Of a stretch of DNA of 64,000 nt, positions 35,563 through 46,038 are shown one piece after another. How positions within the stretch are numbered: position 1 is the first letter of the stretch; every line of letters starts with the position of its first letter. The stretch spans positions 1,634 to 65,633 of the forward strand of contig DIZZ01000281.1 in the NCBI GenBank assembly GCA_002428045.1, given 5' to 3'. The stretch is from Verrucomicrobia bacterium UBA6015 (GTDB lineage: Bacteria; Verrucomicrobiota; Kiritimatiellia; UBA8416). A model generated the notes under the pieces. That model ran no database searches. It saw nothing but the letters and a program-made list of their open reading frames with translations, and had not been told where the DNA came from. The position numbers and the translations under genes were made by a program.

Positions 35563-37104
35563 ATGACAACACGCTCTATAAGCCCCTTTGTAGGCACTTG
35601 TGCAATGTGCCTGTCGACCCTGTTTTGTCTGAACCTGGCCGACTCTGCGTCCGCTCAATCCCTTCCGTCTTGGTATATTGCGCCGCCGGAGGATCCCGCC
35701 CTGGTTACCGGTCGCGGCATGGCTGAGCTCGGGCGGGGGGGTGAAGCGGCCGCCCTGGAGCAGGCCAAGCGCGAAGCCATGCGGGATATGGCGCAGTCGC
35801 TTCTGAGCCGGGTCACCTCCGAGATCATCGACCACCAGGAAGAGCAAGACACTGGCGGCGTGGCGAGTCAGTATGCCAGCCGCACGGTTGTGGAATCCGC
35901 CCTGGAGCTTGTGAATGTACGTACGTTGCATGAGGCCGTTACCAAGGATATGGCGTTTGTGGCGGTGGCGGCGGAACGCGACGGCATGGCCCGCGCCTAC
36001 CGTGAGCGCACCACCCGGCAATTCGACACGGCGGCAGCGGCGTTTGTCCGAGCCGGTGCGTTGGAGGCCGAGAAGAACGCCCGTGACGCCCTGTCCGCCT
36101 ATGAATCCTCCCTGGCGGCCTTGCGCGATGCCCATAGCAGTCTGCAGGTCTATCTGGCGCTTAGCCGCTGGGCCGACCAGCCCCCCGTGCCCTCCACGCT
36201 GCCGGATCCTGCCGATATCCACGTGCGCCTGAAACGCCTGTCGGCATCCACTCCGCGCACGCTCCAGGAGGTCGCCGCCGCCTTGACGACTTCATTGACC
36301 GCCTCCCTGCCGCCCGACGCCCGTCCACAGTCCTGGACCGTCCTGCCGATCGAGTTTGAGCATACGGGGTTTGTGTCCGACTTCGGACATCAGCTTGCCA
36401 GTGTGCTTTCCGCAACCCTGACGTCACATCCAGCCATACGCATGACGGATAATCCGGCCAGTGCCGCCGTTATCGTACGCGGGCGGATGCTGCGGGAGGG
36501 AGAGAGCGTGCTCCTGATCCTGAGCGCCGGCAGCCGGACCATCCAGCATTACATTGAGCCCGTCACCTGCGCCGCGATCGGCAAGGCCAGGATCGAGCCG
36601 CCCGATTTGGATCGACTACTGGCGGACAAGCTCGCATTACACAAGGCCATGCAGGCTCCGTCAGGACTCCGGGTTGAGCTGCGTGCCGACCGTGACGAGC
36701 CTGTCACCTATCGTTTCGGCGACAAACCGAAGCTGGCGGTACGGGCGGACCGGGCCTGTTTCATCCGGCTGGTCTACGTTACGGCTGACGGCCAACGGTT
36801 ACTCCTGAAGGATCGTTACGCCATCGGCGAACACCAGGCCAACCAGTGGGTAACGCTGCCGCTGGACATGGAGGTCTGCGAACCGTCCGGTGTTGAGCAG
36901 ATGCTACTACAGGCTGTTACGCAGGAGGACGATGCCCGCCTTCCGCCGCTGAAGGTCAGGAACGAGCAGGTTGGCGACAGCTACGTCATCCCCGTGATTG
37001 AGGAAACGCTCGACGAAGCCATGACACGAACCCGTGGCATGATGATCAAAAAACAGTCCCACTTCGCCGAAATCGCCAGCCAGTGGACCATCTTCGCGAA
37101 ATAG
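35563..37104 (+). CDS. Secreted protein with LPP20-like N-terminal domain and C-terminal DUF4384-like domain
   Basis: Signal-like N-terminus. The Ala-rich LPP20-like region reads GRGMAELGRGGEAAALEQAKREAMRDMAQSLL. The C-terminal segment VTYRFGDKPKLAVRADRACFIRLVYVTADGQRLLL...WVTLPLDMEVCEPSGVEQMLLQAVT is DUF4384-like. Confidence 0.55.
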   Translation: MTTRSISPFVGTCAMCLSTLFCLNLADSASAQSLPSWYIAPPEDPALVTGRGMAELGRGGEAAALEQAKREAMRDMAQSLLSRVTSEIIDHQEEQDTGGVASQYASRTVVESALELVNVRTLHEAVTKDMAFVAVAAERDGMARAYRERTTRQFDTAAAAFVRAGALEAEKNARDALSAYESSLAALRDAHSSLQVYLALSRWADQPPVPSTLPDPADIHVRLKRLSASTPRTLQEVAAALTTSLTASLPPDARPQSWTVLPIEFEHTGFVSDFGHQLASVLSATLTSHPAIRMTDNPASAAVIVRGRMLREGESVLLILSAGSRTIQHYIEPVTCAAIGKARIEPPDLDRLLADKLALHKAMQAPSGLRVELRADRDEPVTYRFGDKPKLAVRADRACFIRLVYVTADGQRLLLKDRYAIGEHQANQWVTLPLDMEVCEPSGVEQMLLQAVTQEDDARLPPLKVRNEQVGDSYVIPVIEETLDEAMTRTRGMMIKKQSHFAEIASQWTIFAK

Positions 37105-37255
37105 TGAGGTGCCCGCCGAGCTCATTTACTGCCACCGGACCGGAATGCTCCGGTTACGTCATCTCGTGTACGAAGCGCCCAGTTTCGATATCGTCTGCAA
37201 GTGCCGTTCAAAACAATTGCAGAACACCGCCGGTCTGTGGCAATATCCACCCACT

Positions 37256-38932
37256 ATGAAAATATTTAAACCAGTTCTGTTTGTCGTGCCTGCCCTCACC
37301 CTGTGGGCAGCCAGTTTATTCGCCCAGGCCAGCGATACGCGAGGCATGAAGGTGCTGTCTGCAGAACAGAGTGGCGTTGTCGGATATGACCCTGCGCGTT
37401 TTCATGCACTGATTATCGGCATCAATAATTACTCTCGGTGGGCCAAGCTCAGGACAGCCGTCAATGACGCCACGTCCGTGGCAGACGCCTTGGTAGACAA
37501 CTATGGATTCCCCGCAGGTCAGGTGCGGCGCTTATTGGATGAGAATGCCACGCGCCGCAATATCCTGCAGGAACTCGATCGGATTTCCGAGCTCGGGCCT
37601 GAGGATAGCGTGCTGATCTACTATGCGGGGCATGGCTGGATGGATGAACATAGGAACGGGTTCTGGATTCCTGTGGATGCCCCCGAGGACGATAAATTCG
37701 CCTATGTATCCAATGCCCAGGTTGTGCAGGAATACTTCAAGAAATACGCGGTAAGGCACCTGTTGGTGGTATCGGACTCCTGTTTCAGTGGCGCATTGCT
37801 GCGCGGCACGGGGGCTAAGCGGGAAGCCGACTGGAAAATACCGGCTGGTTTTAGGAAACCTTCCCGTTGGGTGATTACCAGTGGCGATCTGGCTCCGGTT
37901 CCAGATGATGCAGGCACGGGGCATAGTCCCTTTGCAACGCGCCTGCTGCAATATCTGCGCTATGGTGATGAGCCCGCGTTCGGTATCTATGACCTATTCA
38001 GTTTTGTCAAACACAACCTGGCGAGCGGTGCCATCTGCGAGCCCTTGGATACGCCGTCACACATGCCGGGGGGTGAATTTGTGCTGGCTCGGCTGGATAC
38101 GTCCATTCCCAAGCCACCACCCGACAAGGTCTTGCCGCCTAATATCGTCCTCGAACCAAAGGTATCCCCCTCCCCAAAGGAGAATACGTCTGCTTCCAGC
38201 AATACGCGAACCATCGATCTTGGGGATGGCATTGAGTTGGCGATGGTCCTTGTGAATGCGGGCCGTTTTGAAATGGGTACGGAGAGCGGGGGCTCTGGTA
38301 ATGAACGCCCGGTGCGAACGGTGCATATCACGCGAGATTTCTGGATGGGGAAGACCGAGGTCACGCAGCGGCAGTGGAAACAGCTTATGGGCAAGAATCC
38401 AAGCCATTTCAAGGGGGATGATTTACCGGTGGAAAAGGTGTCTTGGAATGATTCGGTAAAGTTCTGCGAGGCACTCACCAGGCGAGAGCGGGAGGCGAAC
38501 CGATTGCCACAAGGGGCTGTGTACCGCCTCCCGACAGAGGCGGAGTGGGAATACGCGGCGCGTGGTGGAGGCAAGGGAATGAACACGCTGTATGCAGGCA
38601 GCGATAATCTGGACACCGTGGCATGGCATCGCGGAAACAGCGGACGCAAAACACAGAACGTGGGTACAAAAGCGGCCAACGAGCTGGGCCTTCACGATAT
38701 GAGTGGGAATGTTTTGGAGTGGGTTCATGACAAGTATCAGGACAGCTACAAGGGGCTTGAAACGACAGATCCCAGCGGGCTTCAGAAGTCAGGTTTGGAT
38801 CGTGTGGATCGGGGCGGAAGCTGGGATTCATCGGCGTCGTACTGTCGTGTTGCCTATCGCTGTGGCTGGTTCCCTTCCCGCATGGTCAATACCTTGGGAC
38901 TCCGGGTGGTGCTCGCTGCACCCGTTCAATAA
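37256..38932 (+). CDS. Secreted caspase-like (peptidase C14) domain fused to FGE-sulfatase (SUMF1/formylglycine-generating-enzyme-like) domain
   Basis: Signal peptide MKIFKPVLFVVPALTLWAASLFAQA. Caspase His/Cys dyad context: HALIIGINNY...YYAGHGW...LLVVSDSCFSG. C-terminal FGE domain: WMGKTEVTQRQW...YRLPTEAEWEYAARGG...RGGSWDSSASYCRVAYRC...GLRVV. Confidence 0.75.
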   Translation: MKIFKPVLFVVPALTLWAASLFAQASDTRGMKVLSAEQSGVVGYDPARFHALIIGINNYSRWAKLRTAVNDATSVADALVDNYGFPAGQVRRLLDENATRRNILQELDRISELGPEDSVLIYYAGHGWMDEHRNGFWIPVDAPEDDKFAYVSNAQVVQEYFKKYAVRHLLVVSDSCFSGALLRGTGAKREADWKIPAGFRKPSRWVITSGDLAPVPDDAGTGHSPFATRLLQYLRYGDEPAFGIYDLFSFVKHNLASGAICEPLDTPSHMPGGEFVLARLDTSIPKPPPDKVLPPNIVLEPKVSPSPKENTSASSNTRTIDLGDGIELAMVLVNAGRFEMGTESGGSGNERPVRTVHITRDFWMGKTEVTQRQWKQLMGKNPSHFKGDDLPVEKVSWNDSVKFCEALTRREREANRLPQGAVYRLPTEAEWEYAARGGGKGMNTLYAGSDNLDTVAWHRGNSGRKTQNVGTKAANELGLHDMSGNVLEWVHDKYQDSYKGLETTDPSGLQKSGLDRVDRGGSWDSSASYCRVAYRCGWFPSRMVNTLGLRVVLAAPVQ

Positions 38933-39044
38933 GGGCACGTATTTTCTCGTTGTTTTCCGAGCGCCGTTTCCCTAATATCCATTCCGATTTGAAACCGTTA
39001 TTTTATATGTGCTGATCATTGTCCTTGTTATTGCGACCACGATT

Positions 39045-40238
39045 ATGGGAAAACTACAGGTATTTGTATTTGCTGTCGGCACCTTTATTCACTGCTCTGT
39101 CGCAAATGCCTTGCCACCATCGGCTTCCCCTTCAACGCCAGCAACGTGGTTGATCGAACGGTATCAAAAATTCTTAACCCATTCAAAGGCAAGTACATGT
39201 GGAATGCATCCGTCGTGCTCTGAATACGCTCGAGAGGCGTATTCTGAAGTGCCTCTCTGGAATGCTTCACTGGCGACAGCGGATCGGCTGAATCGCTGTG
39301 GGCACGATAACTTGCAGTACGACTATGCGGATGTATCAGGCGTTTTGAAGAAACTCGATCCGCCACCTGGTTCAACCAACGTGAGCATTCCCCGGATATC
39401 ATCCAACACGGCACCGATTCATCCCGTAGATGTTCATCTTGCCAGCATGAAGAAGGGGTTATCTGAGGATGCGATGGCTCTGGATTTCGCGCGGTACTTG
39501 CACGGTTCGGGAATGCATGAGGAAGCGCTGGTCGAGTACTTGCGTTTTCTCAGGCAATATCCAGACTCAAAGCTGGTGTCATCCGCGCATATCAGCGTGA
39601 TGCATCTTCATTATGAAGTAGGAGACTACCTGATGGCGGTCCGAGGGGCTGAGCAGGCGATGCAAGCCGAACAGATATCGGTTGAAGACATTCCCGAATT
39701 GAAGTTTTGGGTCAGTGCCGCATACGCCCGCCTCGATAACCCCGAAATGGCTCGCCAATCACTGCCCCGTAATGAAGCAGGCCCTGAACTTGCGGCCCGG
39801 GCCAAGCTCCTTGAAGGGTATACCTATGCGCAGCAAGAGGATTGGACGCGAGCCGCTGTGGCGTTTCAAGAATATGGCCTTGTGACGCATGATGAGGCGA
39901 GGGTGAATGACCTGACGGACGTGAGTCGTCAAGCCCTTGCTCGACGAAGGAAAAGCCCAGGCGTTGCCGGGGTATTGGGCATTGTTCCGGGGCTTGGATA
40001 TCTCTATTCAGGCTATCCCGAGTCTGCGGTCAGTGCGCTTATTATTAATTCGCTCCTGGTGTCGGCAAGCTATCAGGCATTCAAGGATGGTAATGAACCG
40101 CTAGGCGCGTTGCTTGGCGTTATCGGGATTGGGTGGTATGCAGGCAGCATTTATGGCTCAGTATCCGCTGCTGAACGTCGGAACGAAAAGGATTTGCGAG
40201 ATACGCTTTTAGAGTTAAAAGTAGGATTTCGCTTTTAA
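39045..40238 (+). CDS. YidD-like (haemolytic domain) N-terminal domain fused to TPR-like region and two C-terminal TM helices
   Basis: IERYQKFLTHSKASTCGMHPSCSEYAREA...RLNRCGHD matches the YidD Cys motif. The helical repeat region is TPR-like, and the hydrophobic C-terminus reads GVLGIVPGLGYLY...LIINSLLVSA. The start could instead be the upstream GTG at 39009. Confidence 0.55.
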   Translation: MGKLQVFVFAVGTFIHCSVANALPPSASPSTPATWLIERYQKFLTHSKASTCGMHPSCSEYAREAYSEVPLWNASLATADRLNRCGHDNLQYDYADVSGVLKKLDPPPGSTNVSIPRISSNTAPIHPVDVHLASMKKGLSEDAMALDFARYLHGSGMHEEALVEYLRFLRQYPDSKLVSSAHISVMHLHYEVGDYLMAVRGAEQAMQAEQISVEDIPELKFWVSAAYARLDNPEMARQSLPRNEAGPELAARAKLLEGYTYAQQEDWTRAAVAFQEYGLVTHDEARVNDLTDVSRQALARRRKSPGVAGVLGIVPGLGYLYSGYPESAVSALIINSLLVSASYQAFKDGNEPLGALLGVIGIGWYAGSIYGSVSAAERRNEKDLRDTLLELKVGFRF

Positions 40239-40282
40239 AAACAGCGTCCTATAGTTGGACGCAAAAGGAAAGGAACAAGACG

Positions 40283-40807
40283 ATGAGAAGAACAAGTCGG
40301 GCAATGAGAATGACGAGCGCGATTACACTGGTTGCATATTTGTGTGCGTTCGGGCCTATACCCGTAGCGCAAGCCGAAGAAAGGATTCCAGTATCGGCGG
40401 GAACATTGGTCATGGTGAGGCCGACTGGCGTCGTTTCGGCGAGCACGAACAAAACCGGGGATACGGTTGAGTTTGTTGTTGTGCAAGACGTGAAAGTGAG
40501 TGATATGGTCGTGATCAAAGCCGGTGCACGTGCCCGCGGTCAAATCGCGTCCGCCCAAAAGGCAGGGTTTCTTGGTATACCTGGCCGGATTTCGGTTGAA
40601 CTCCAGTCTGTCGAAACGGTTGATGGCTCAATGATTCCTGTTCGTGCATCAAAGTCGATGGATGGTGAAGACAAGATTATTATGGCGGTTGTACTGACGT
40701 TGATCTGTCTTCCATTCATCCTGATCAAGGGTGGCAATGCAGAGATGTCTTCGTCCACTACGTTTGATGCGTTCACCCTGGGCACTGCTGACGTAACCAT
40801 CAAGTAA
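40283..40807 (+). CDS. Small secreted/anchored hypothetical protein (174 aa)
   Basis: RBS AAAGGAAAGGAA, a signal peptide ...AFGPIPVAQA, and a C-terminal hydrophobic helix IIMAVVLTLICLPFILI. No recognised family. Confidence 0.5.
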   Translation: MRRTSRAMRMTSAITLVAYLCAFGPIPVAQAEERIPVSAGTLVMVRPTGVVSASTNKTGDTVEFVVVQDVKVSDMVVIKAGARARGQIASAQKAGFLGIPGRISVELQSVETVDGSMIPVRASKSMDGEDKIIMAVVLTLICLPFILIKGGNAEMSSSTTFDAFTLGTADVTIK

Positions 40808-40844
40808 GTGACATCCCTCCGTTTGGGTTCACATTCAATGGTTG

Positions 40845-40879
40845 GGGTTACCCAGTGTAAGCTGGGTAACCCTTTTTTT
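40845..40879 (+). terminator. Rho-independent terminator
   Basis: GGGTTACCCAG-tgtaa-CTGGGTAACCC (perfect 11-bp stem) followed by TTTTTTT, 38 nt after the stop at 40807. Confidence 0.65.
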
Positions 40880-41413
40880 GAAAGACGACGAACGTTGGTC
40901 AATCGGGCATTGACCACTGGTCAAGCCGGGGGGATCGCGGTAGCGGTCGTGGTAGCCATACACGGCTTGGCACAGCTTCAACCCCAAAAAAAGTATCGCG
41001 CTCGCGCCGCTCTGCTCGTATCCGCTTGCGTTCACAGTGAACCGCTAAAGATCTTACCCTCCTTTTTTCGCACGGGACCCAGGGTGGTCGGCTTGCCCGG
41101 AGGTCTTCGCCCTACCTGCCTTTGCATGGCCTCGTTGCTGCATTTTGGATGCTTGAAATGTAGGGTCGGTTGCGTTAGCGTATGACGTCATGAATTTTAT
41201 ACATGACGACTCCGTGCTGGATGGGGAGCAGGCTCGGCAGCAACGCATCGAACAGCAGAAGTCCATTGGGCGGGACTGATTCAGCGAGGGTTGCCAGAGC
41301 CGCATTCGCGCATTACCTGGCACAGGTTGATGTGCTAGGGGATCGTGGATGCCGGTCCGGCTTCCAGAAGCATATCATTCGTTGTGGCTCCTCTAGGTCT
41401 CAAGCGGAAAGGA

Positions 41414-42331
41414 ATGGCGATGCGTAAAGTGCGAGTACTGATAAATCCGAAGTCCGGGTTGCCGCGGGGCTTTTCGTCGCTCCGCCAGGCGCTGGATATG
41501 CATTGGGATGTGGCTGGCACCGAGCTGACCTATCAATTTACGCAAAGCAAGGAGGACGGGGTCGCCAAGGCTCAACGGGCGGTTACCGACGGTGTCAATA
41601 TTATACTCGTTTCCGGAGGCGATGGGACCGTGAGTACGATCAGCCGCGTGCTGGTCGACACCGACGTGGCCCTCGGCGTGATTCCCACCGGCAGCGGAAA
41701 CGGGTTTGCCCGGCATTTCGGAATCCCGCTGGCTCCGTCCAGAGCGGCCGAGGCATTGGTTCATGCCGAGGAGCGGCGAATTGATGTCGGTCTGGTCAAC
41801 GGATTGCCGTTCTTTGTGACCTGCAGCATGGCCTGGGATGCCGCCTTCGTCCGGACCTTCGAGAAATTCCCGATGCGCGGCATCCTGCCTTACGTTTTTG
41901 CAGGGGTGCAGGAGTTTTTTGATTACGAGCGCCAGGATATGGACGTAACCTTCGACGACGGGGAAACGCTTCACCTGAAGAGCCCCATGATCATGACCGT
42001 GGCGAATCTGACGCAGTTTGGCGGCGGGGCCTTGATTGCGCCCCATGCAGAGGATGATGACGGAAAACTGGAGTTTATCGGGGCCTTGCAGAAGGATTTC
42101 GCATTGCTGCTGGCCAATCTGGGTCGCCTTTTCAATGGGTCGGTAAGCCAGATCCCGCGGTTGGTCACGCGCAGTTCCTCACGCATGACCATTGAGCGTC
42201 CGAAGGCGGCCGCGATCCAGGTCGATGGAGAAATGGTTGAAGCGCCACAACGGCTGGATATCGTGGTTAAGCCGTTTGCGCTGCGGGTCCTAGTGCCGCG
42301 GAAATACGGAAAAAACGACGACAGGGGGTAA
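41414..42331 (+). CDS. Lipid kinase, diacylglycerol-kinase catalytic domain (YegS/BmrU-like)
   Basis: VLINPKSG...ILVSGGDGTV...IPTGSGNGFA. RBS GGAAAGGA. Confidence 0.75.
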   Translation: MAMRKVRVLINPKSGLPRGFSSLRQALDMHWDVAGTELTYQFTQSKEDGVAKAQRAVTDGVNIILVSGGDGTVSTISRVLVDTDVALGVIPTGSGNGFARHFGIPLAPSRAAEALVHAEERRIDVGLVNGLPFFVTCSMAWDAAFVRTFEKFPMRGILPYVFAGVQEFFDYERQDMDVTFDDGETLHLKSPMIMTVANLTQFGGGALIAPHAEDDDGKLEFIGALQKDFALLLANLGRLFNGSVSQIPRLVTRSSSRMTIERPKAAAIQVDGEMVEAPQRLDIVVKPFALRVLVPRKYGKNDDRG

Positions 42332-42335
42332 TGGC

Positions 42336-43061
42336 ATGCGGATGGTGCTTTACAATATGCGGTATGGAACCGGCGGCGGCTTTCGTCTGCCCTGGCAGGG
42401 ATATCTGCGGCAAACGGGATCGAATGTGGATGTGATCGCCAGCTTCCTGCAGGGGCTGAATCCGGATATCGTGGGGTTGGTCGAGGTGGATGCCGGCTCC
42501 TTCCGCCATCGCAGCAGCCAGGCGGCGCGAATTGCCGAGCGGCTCGGTCATTACCATGCCTACATGTCAAAATATCATGCCGATTCGCTGATCAACCGGA
42601 TTCCGGTATTGAACCGGCAGGGGAATGCATTCCTGACGCGGGACACGATCAAGCAACAGCAATTCCACTACTTCGACAAAGGGGTCAAACGCCTCGTGAT
42701 CGAACTGGAACTGGAATCGCTGACCGTCTTTCTTGTGCATCTTTCGCTCAAATTCCGGATCCGGCATCATCAATTGCAGCAGCTTTATGCCATGGTCAAG
42801 ACCACGCGCAAACCGCACATCGTAGCCGGCGATTTCAACCCCTTGTGGGGGGATCACGAAACGGCGCTCTTCCTCGGGGCGACGGGGCTGGTAAGTGCCA
42901 ACAGGTCGGGGCAGGCGACGTTTCCAAGCTGGAAGCCCAAACGGCAGCTTGACTTCCTTTTTCACAGCCCGGAGGTCAAGGTCCAGCATTTCGAGATTCC
43001 GGCGGTGCCCTATTCGGACCACCTGCCCCTCGTCTGCGACTTCACCGTCAGTGCATCCTAG
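42336..43061 (+). CDS. Endonuclease/exonuclease/phosphatase (EEP) family protein
   Basis: VGLVEVD...VAGDFN...SDHLPL, typical EEP catalytic motifs. Confidence 0.7.
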   Translation: MRMVLYNMRYGTGGGFRLPWQGYLRQTGSNVDVIASFLQGLNPDIVGLVEVDAGSFRHRSSQAARIAERLGHYHAYMSKYHADSLINRIPVLNRQGNAFLTRDTIKQQQFHYFDKGVKRLVIELELESLTVFLVHLSLKFRIRHHQLQQLYAMVKTTRKPHIVAGDFNPLWGDHETALFLGATGLVSANRSGQATFPSWKPKRQLDFLFHSPEVKVQHFEIPAVPYSDHLPLVCDFTVSAS

Positions 43062-43885
43062 GATTTATAGGTCTTGTGGCAGGGGTAGGACCCGCAAATG
43101 CGCATGCTGACGCAATCCTTGGCGGCGCTTTCGAGGGCGCGCCGGACTCCGTCGGATGCAGCCGCCCCATCCAGGTCGACCAGGAATGCGTATTCCTGAC
43201 GCACCCCACGGATCGGGCGTGACACCAGACGGGAAAGGTTGATCCCTTCGGTATGCAGAAGTCCAAGGAATTGGTAAAGGCTGCCGGGTCGATTCTGCAG
43301 GCGTATGGCCAAGGTCGTCTTGACGCTGTCCGCAGGGATGTCCCTTTTGCCCGTCACCACGATGAACGTGGTGATGTTGGGAATATCCGAGGCGACGGGG
43401 AAATGCAGGATATCGAGGCCGAACTGCGTTGCCAGATTGCGGGAGGCGAGGGCGGCGGCATGCAGGTCGGCGGCCGCCATGGCGGCGGCCGCCGCCGTGC
43501 TGGCCGCCTCGCGTTTCTCGACCCCCTTGAGGTTCTTGGCGATCCATGGTGAACAGTGGATAAGCGGTACAAAATGCGAGTATAAGCGTTTGACAGGGAA
43601 TCCTTTGTGTCCGAGATGAGCCAGTTTTACGTCAAGCGAGAGTTCTCCGACGATGTGAATGACCGGTTTATTATCCAGAAGAATATCGATCGTCTCATTG
43701 ATCGCTCCGCCGGAAGAGTTCTCGATCGGGATAACGCCGAGCGTCCCCTTGTTCTTGGCGACGAAGGTGCAGACATCCAGAATGCTGGACAGCGGAATCA
43801 TGTGGGCCTTGCCGAAACGTTTTCGGGCAACCAAATGAGAATAGGTTCCGAGCGGGCCTAGGAACGCGACGGTTTGCTGGGTCAT
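43058..43885 (-). CDS. pheA: Prephenate dehydratase (PDT + ACT domains)
   Basis: VAFLGPLGTYSH...IPIENSSGG...TRF, plus a C-terminal ACT domain (NRPGSLYQFLGLL). Confidence 0.8.
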   Translation of the reverse strand: MTQQTVAFLGPLGTYSHLVARKRFGKAHMIPLSSILDVCTFVAKNKGTLGVIPIENSSGGAINETIDILLDNKPVIHIVGELSLDVKLAHLGHKGFPVKRLYSHFVPLIHCSPWIAKNLKGVEKREAASTAAAAAMAAADLHAAALASRNLATQFGLDILHFPVASDIPNITTFIVVTGKRDIPADSVKTTLAIRLQNRPGSLYQFLGLLHTEGINLSRLVSRPIRGVRQEYAFLVDLDGAAASDGVRRALESAAKDCVSMRICGSYPCHKTYKS

Positions 43886-43982
43886 AGATCTCCATCTTTT
43901 TATTTGCCTGAAACAACCATGGGTAATCTACACAACGCCGTGGGCTTTGGCAAAAATAATCCGAATCTTATTAAAGGCTTGA

Positions 43983-45080
<1,098 letters not shown>

Positions 45081-45180
45081 CGCGTGCTCGCTTTCATAAA
45101 CTCAAACTCCTTTTGCTTCCCTATCAAGGGGCTTACAGAGGCTGGGCGTTATCTCCACGCGAGTGGAGGGCGCATCGGTT

Positions 45181-46038
45181 ATGTCAGGGATTTGGGGTTT
45201 GAGAGAGAAGCGCTTAATAATCTGGGGACTGGTGCTGGCGGTTGTGGTTCTGCTCAATCTTCCGGCGCCTGCGGCTTGGCGTGTGTCGGCGGAATGTCGC
45301 GATTCCATCGGCCCCTTCCAGAATGTCTTTTCCCTTCTGGTGGTTCGAACCGGGCAATGGGTATCGCGGATCGGGCGTACCCAGCGTATCCTGGAGGAAA
45401 AACAACAACTGGAAGTTCGCATCGCCACGCTGGAGCATCGGCTGCGACGACTTGAACGCTTCGAAATCGAAAATGAAACCCTGCGCCGCCAACTCGGTTT
45501 TTCCATTCTCTCTCCGCATAAGCTACTGCTTTGCGAAGTCATTTCCCGCGGGGATCTGAGTGGCTGGTGGGAGACCGTCCGGCTGAATAAGGGGCTGGCT
45601 GATGGGGTCGCCTCGGGAATGGCGGTGATCAATGACGAAGGCTTGGTCGGACGGACCATCGGCGTCACGGCCCGCACCTGTGATGTCCTGTTGATCACCG
45701 ACCCGAATTGCAAGGTGGCCTGCGAAACCGCCAATAGCGGGGCCTTCGGGATTATGCGAGGGATGGGTGCCCGGCTCATTGGACGTGCGGCGATGGAGTT
45801 GCTTTCACCAGCCAATCCGGTGGAACTTAACTATATTTCGACCACGCATGCGATCCAGGAGGGGGATGTCGTGCTCACGTCGGGTTTGGGGAGCGTCTTC
45901 CCTGCAGGGCTTCCCGTGGGACGGGTCGGGGGCGTTCGTATGCATTCCTCCGGCCTGTACCGTCAAGCGGATGTGGTGCCCTCGGCTAGTCTGGTCTCTT
46001 TTCGGTATGCCTTTGTGGTGATGGAGCAAAAACAATGA
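45181..46038 (+). CDS. mreC: Rod-shape-determining protein MreC
   Basis: An N-terminal TM helix is followed by the coiled coil (LEVRIATLEHRLRRLERFEIENETLRRQL) and the MreC beta domain. Its stop overlaps the mreD start (ATGA). Confidence 0.75.
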   Translation: MSGIWGLREKRLIIWGLVLAVVVLLNLPAPAAWRVSAECRDSIGPFQNVFSLLVVRTGQWVSRIGRTQRILEEKQQLEVRIATLEHRLRRLERFEIENETLRRQLGFSILSPHKLLLCEVISRGDLSGWWETVRLNKGLADGVASGMAVINDEGLVGRTIGVTARTCDVLLITDPNCKVACETANSGAFGIMRGMGARLIGRAAMELLSPANPVELNYISTTHAIQEGDVVLTSGLGSVFPAGLPVGRVGGVRMHSSGLYRQADVVPSASLVSFRYAFVVMEQKQ

